From positions 1 to 26,098 of IMG/VR virus record IMGVR_UViG_3300023213_000092: a DNA stretch of 26,098 nt; one strand, given 5' to 3'. Below the pieces are notes generated by a model. It worked only from the letters and a program-made list of their open reading frames with translations, was not told where the DNA came from and made no database searches. A program made the translations under genes and the position numbers. Shown here piece by piece: positions 23,210 to 26,098 of this stretch. The DNA is from a virus (lineage: Duplodnaviria; Caudoviricetes). Each line of letters opens with the position of its first letter. Position 1 is the first letter of the stretch.

Positions 23210-24916
23210 ATGAAAACCTTGATGCACGTAGGGGAAGTATCGACTATGCCACGGCGGGCCTATTCTTATAAGCGCGTTTCGGATCGGAAACAGCGAAAGG
23301 GCGATGGTCTGGATCGCCAGGCCGACTTCGCGGCTAGGATCTGTGAACGCAACGGCTGGACCCTGGACGATACTTTGCGATTCACGGACAGGGGCCGCTC
23401 CGGCTATCATGGCGATCACCGCCGCGGCAAAGGCCAACTGTTGCAATTCTTGGAGATGATGAACAGCGGCCGCATCAGCAAGGGGTCCGTGCTCATCATC
23501 GAGAACCTGGACCGGCTCTCCCGCGAGGAATTAGACGAGGCGCATGACTTGTTCAAATCCATCCTCCGCGCCGATATCTGGATCGCTACCGAAATGCCTG
23601 AGCGTGTCTACAGCCCGGAGAGCCTGAAGACCTTGCTCGGCACCATCGAGCCGTTGCTGCATATGTATGTGGCACATGAGGCGTCGCAGAAACTGGCCGA
23701 GCGCATCAAGGACAAGTGGGAACGACGCCGGGCCCGCGCCCAGCTCGAAGGGCGGCCGATTGGCCGGAAGTGCCCCGGCTGGCTCCGGCTCGCTGGCGGT
23801 GGCTATGAGATTATCCCCGATGGGCTGGAGACAGTGCGGACCATGTTCCGCTTGGCGCGGGAGGGGATGGGAGCCGGGCGGATCACGCAATGGTTGCGCG
23901 CACACGCAGACAAACATCCGGCATGGGGGAAAGGACTGTGGCTTCGTGCCACCGTGCGCAACATCCTCAGGGGCCGCGCCGTGCTCGGCGAATGGCAGCC
24001 GCGGCAAGGACGCAATGGGTATCGGATGAAAAACGTCGGAGACCCTGTCCGCAGCTATTACCCCGCCGTCATCACGGAGGAAGAATGGCAGCTCGCACAG
24101 GCCGCCGTCGAAGGTCGCAAGCTGGCCCGCGGCCGTCCCGGCGAGCACGAGGCGAACCTCTTTACCGGGTTGGTCTACGAGGGGATCAGCCATGAGCGCA
24201 TGAGTGTCAAGCCCATCCAGGGAGGGCCGAAGAATGCCCGGCGCACCTACCGCTACCTGGTGGCTTCCCGGCTCGGCGAGGACGCCAAGAGCGGCCGCGG
24301 CACCGCCTATCCGGCGTTTGAGCGCGCCATGCTCCGGACGCTAGGCCAGCTTCGGCCACGCGATGTACTTCCCCCTAGCAAGGCGCGGGACGAACTGGAA
24401 TTGCGTATCGCCGCCCTGACAACTCGCTTGCCCGCCCTGGACTATCGTAAGCGACAGCTCCAGGCCGACGCCGCCGATCCCGATAAGGATTACCTTTTGC
24501 CCGTCCTCGCCCAGGTCGTCAAAGAGATAAAGGCCACCGCGAAGGAACTAGACCGACTGAAGCTGGAAAGTACGACGGGCCGTGCAGAGGCACTGGCGGA
24601 AGTCCAAAGCACCATCGACCTGCTGGAAAAAGTCCGCGGCACTGACCAGGAGGAGGACATTCGCCGCCGCGTCAAGGCCGCGATCGGTTGGCTCGTCGAT
24701 TCCATTTGGATAGTCGTCCAGCGCTTCAACCAACTACGCGCGATCGTCCATGTGCAGATCTACCTCCGCGCCGGCGGGCGGCCGCGGTATGTGGCCTACG
24801 GGCCGGCCACCCTCCGACCTAAAGAGAACCCCTGGGATCTAAGCGATTACGATTTCCGGAGCGGTGAGTTGCCGGGGTATGTAGTAGGGCAGGCAACAAT
24901 CGCCGCCATCGCGTAG
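23210..24916 (+). CDS. int: Large serine recombinase (integrase)
   Basis: AYSYKRVS catalytic Ser, DRGRSG, LIIENLDRLSR, recombinase domain, YYPAVITEEEW, coiled coil. Start 23210 (SD GGGAGG) or 23246. Confidence 0.95.
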   Translation: MKTLMHVGEVSTMPRRAYSYKRVSDRKQRKGDGLDRQADFAARICERNGWTLDDTLRFTDRGRSGYHGDHRRGKGQLLQFLEMMNSGRISKGSVLIIENLDRLSREELDEAHDLFKSILRADIWIATEMPERVYSPESLKTLLGTIEPLLHMYVAHEASQKLAERIKDKWERRRARAQLEGRPIGRKCPGWLRLAGGGYEIIPDGLETVRTMFRLAREGMGAGRITQWLRAHADKHPAWGKGLWLRATVRNILRGRAVLGEWQPRQGRNGYRMKNVGDPVRSYYPAVITEEEWQLAQAAVEGRKLARGRPGEHEANLFTGLVYEGISHERMSVKPIQGGPKNARRTYRYLVASRLGEDAKSGRGTAYPAFERAMLRTLGQLRPRDVLPPSKARDELELRIAALTTRLPALDYRKRQLQADAADPDKDYLLPVLAQVVKEIKATAKELDRLKLESTTGRAEALAEVQSTIDLLEKVRGTDQEEDIRRRVKAAIGWLVDSIWIVVQRFNQLRAIVHVQIYLRAGGRPRYVAYGPATLRPKENPWDLSDYDFRSGELPGYVVGQATIAAIA

Positions 24917-25081
24917 GCGGGTGACGAGGGCAAGACAGTCAGCATAAGGATCTCCAGGCCCGCCAAACTGGCGGGCCTGCGTCCATTCCGCTACCCATCC
25001 CTGAGCAGACCAGAAGAAACCGTCGGTCCGCAGCACTACGAAACAGTCGCCAAACAACTCCACCCTTGCGGCGTCCGGCAT
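24839..25081 (-). CDS. Small hypothetical protein (80 aa), convergent with and overlapping the integrase 3' end
   Basis: GGAG upstream of the ATG. Aromatic-rich, protein-like sequence FVVLRTDGFFWSAQGWVAEWTQARQF. Confidence 0.5.
   Translation of the reverse strand: MPDAARVELFGDCFVVLRTDGFFWSAQGWVAEWTQARQFGGPGDPYADCLALVTRLRDGGDCCLPYYIPRQLTAPEIVIA
24955..24979. other. Perfect hairpin downstream of the integrase
   Basis: CAGGCCCGCCA-AAC-TGGCGGGCCTG, with no U-tract on either strand. Confidence 0.55.
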
Positions 25082-25100
25082 CTTGCTGAGCTCCGGCGAA

Positions 25101-25130
25101 TTGACAACGCGCTGGCACTCTGACTATACC
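25101..25130 (+). promoter_or_regulatory. Possible sigma70-type promoter
   Basis: TTGACA-N18-TATACC. Confidence 0.45.
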
Positions 25131-25257
25131 CGCGCCGTGGCACTGACAGCCGGATCGCCATGCGGATTTCCCGCAGCTTCCGCGTGGTTCTCGCAAGTTC
25201 GCCGTAGTGCTGGTGCTGATCGACACCCTGCAAGCGGAGGTGGACTGGCGCAAAGAC

Positions 25258-25285
25258 TTGACAATTCATACAAGACAACGATAAT
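25258..25285 (+). promoter_or_regulatory. Sigma70-type promoter of the RHH gene
   Basis: TTGACA-N16-GATAAT in an AT-rich patch. Confidence 0.65.
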
Positions 25286-25320
25286 ACCCGTAGGTACACG
25301 ATCACTACGGAGCCAGTCGC

Positions 25321-25506
25321 ATGTCTTCCAACGCCACGCCGCCCCGGCAATTTCGGCTGGAACCATCGGTCCTCGCGGACCTCGATTTGATCCAGCGCTG
25401 GCTGAAACAGGAGCGCGGCGGCAAGCAATCGCGGGCCGATGCCGTGCGTTTCGCGGCCCGCGAGGCGGCGAAAAAAATCCAGAAAAAAACCGAAAAGAGG
25501 TATTGA
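25321..25506 (+). CDS. Ribbon-helix-helix (CopG/Arc-like) transcriptional regulator
   Basis: RQFRL beta ribbon, LADLDLI helix, SRADAVRFAA helix. SD GGAG. Confidence 0.8.
   Translation: MSSNATPPRQFRLEPSVLADLDLIQRWLKQERGGKQSRADAVRFAAREAAKKIQKKTEKRY
25411..25456 (+). repeat. 46-bp direct repeat, copy 1
   Basis: Identical to 26053-26098. Confidence 0.97.
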
Positions 25507-25531
25507 CACTGTAGCTACAGCCGAGTAGTAT
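25503..25531 (+). promoter_or_regulatory. Strong sigma70-type promoter with a palindromic operator in the spacer
   Basis: TTGACA-N17-TAGTAT. The spacer contains the perfect palindrome CTGTAGCTACAG (25509-25520). The -35 overlaps the RHH stop codon. Confidence 0.85.
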
Positions 25532-25594
25532 AGAGAGTAGATGCGAGTCGCAGTGACTCGTAGGGGCGAGGTGGTCAGGAATAGGAGTACGAAC

Positions 25595-26044
25595 ATGAGT
25601 GGGCTGAAAGAGACGGACTGCGGGGTGGGGTACGCTTACAACGAGTTTGCCGACACGACCGTGTCGCGGAGCGAGTTGGAGCGGCTGGCTCGATTGGTGC
25701 TAGCCGGGCCTGACGGCCAGACGCCCTACAAATATCGCCGTCCAGGCGTCGCCGTCGAGGAGGACGATACACCATTGCGGCCGTGCAATTATCCGCTTTC
25801 CCTCGATACCGAGCTGCGTCCCCAGCTCCGCTACTCTCGGACCTGGGATCAGGCGAGAGCGATGGTCGCGATGCTCGCCTGTCAGATGTCGCAGACGGGC
25901 TTCGCTGGCAAACGGCGGGCGACGAAAGAGGAGCGGGAGTGGGGGCACCTGATGTTCGCGGCGTCAAGGGCGTGGCAGCAGCTGGAGCGGGTGCCGGGCA
26001 CTTGCACGGGCTGCAACAGCGCCCCATGCCGCTGTATCGCGTAA
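25595..26044 (+). CDS. Hypothetical protein (149 aa) with Cys-rich C-terminus
   Basis: SD AGGAG before ATG 25595. Ends CTGCNSAPCRCIA. Confidence 0.72.
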   Translation: MSGLKETDCGVGYAYNEFADTTVSRSELERLARLVLAGPDGQTPYKYRRPGVAVEEDDTPLRPCNYPLSLDTELRPQLRYSRTWDQARAMVAMLACQMSQTGFAGKRRATKEEREWGHLMFAASRAWQQLERVPGTCTGCNSAPCRCIA

Positions 26045-26052
26045 AGAGAGAT

Positions 26053-26098
26053 GAGCGCGGCGGCAAGCAATCGCGGGCCGATGCCGTGCGTTTCGCGG
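26053..26098 (+). repeat. 46-bp direct repeat, copy 2 (truncated by the window end)
   Basis: Identical to 25411-25456. Confidence 0.97.

Larger units (their letters stand above)
1..26098 (+). mobile_element. Temperate siphovirus (HK97/lambda-like head-tail module plus serine-integrase module), partial genome or prophage
   Basis: Canonical order terS-terL-portal-protease-capsid-neck-tail tube-chaperone-tape measure-tail tip, then xis-like gene and large serine recombinase. No tail sheath gene and no recognisable host genes. Confidence 0.96.

Overview
The window is a contiguous piece of a high-GC temperate HK97/lambda-like siphovirus (phage or prophage), almost all on the + strand. It opens with a ParB-like / SAM-methyltransferase-like / DUF5131 trio. 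The packaging and head genes follow: TerS, TerL, a portal with a long C-terminal extension ending in a ParB/Srx-like domain, the prohead protease and the HK97-fold capsid. Next come decoration, neck and tail genes, including a G/GT chaperone with a -1 frameshift, a tape measure protein and tail-tip/fibre genes. The right end carries a structured non-coding region, an excisionase-like gene, a large serine integrase, a ribbon-helix-helix regulator and a promoter-bearing cassette. The most unusual features are non-coding. (1) A 68-nt tRNA-like cloverleaf with a CAU anticodon and initiator-type G-C pairs lies between protease and capsid, and is followed at once by a near-perfect antisense copy of its own anticodon loop. 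(2) An approx. 220-nt terminator-ended RNA candidate has five different stems that all display a similar 9-nt loop. (3) An exact 46-bp direct repeat at the window end suggests a tandem promoter-cassette array. A Planctomycetota-type host is my impression from tail-protein style and dispersed repeats only. All product calls come from motifs and gene order read by eye; no searches were run.
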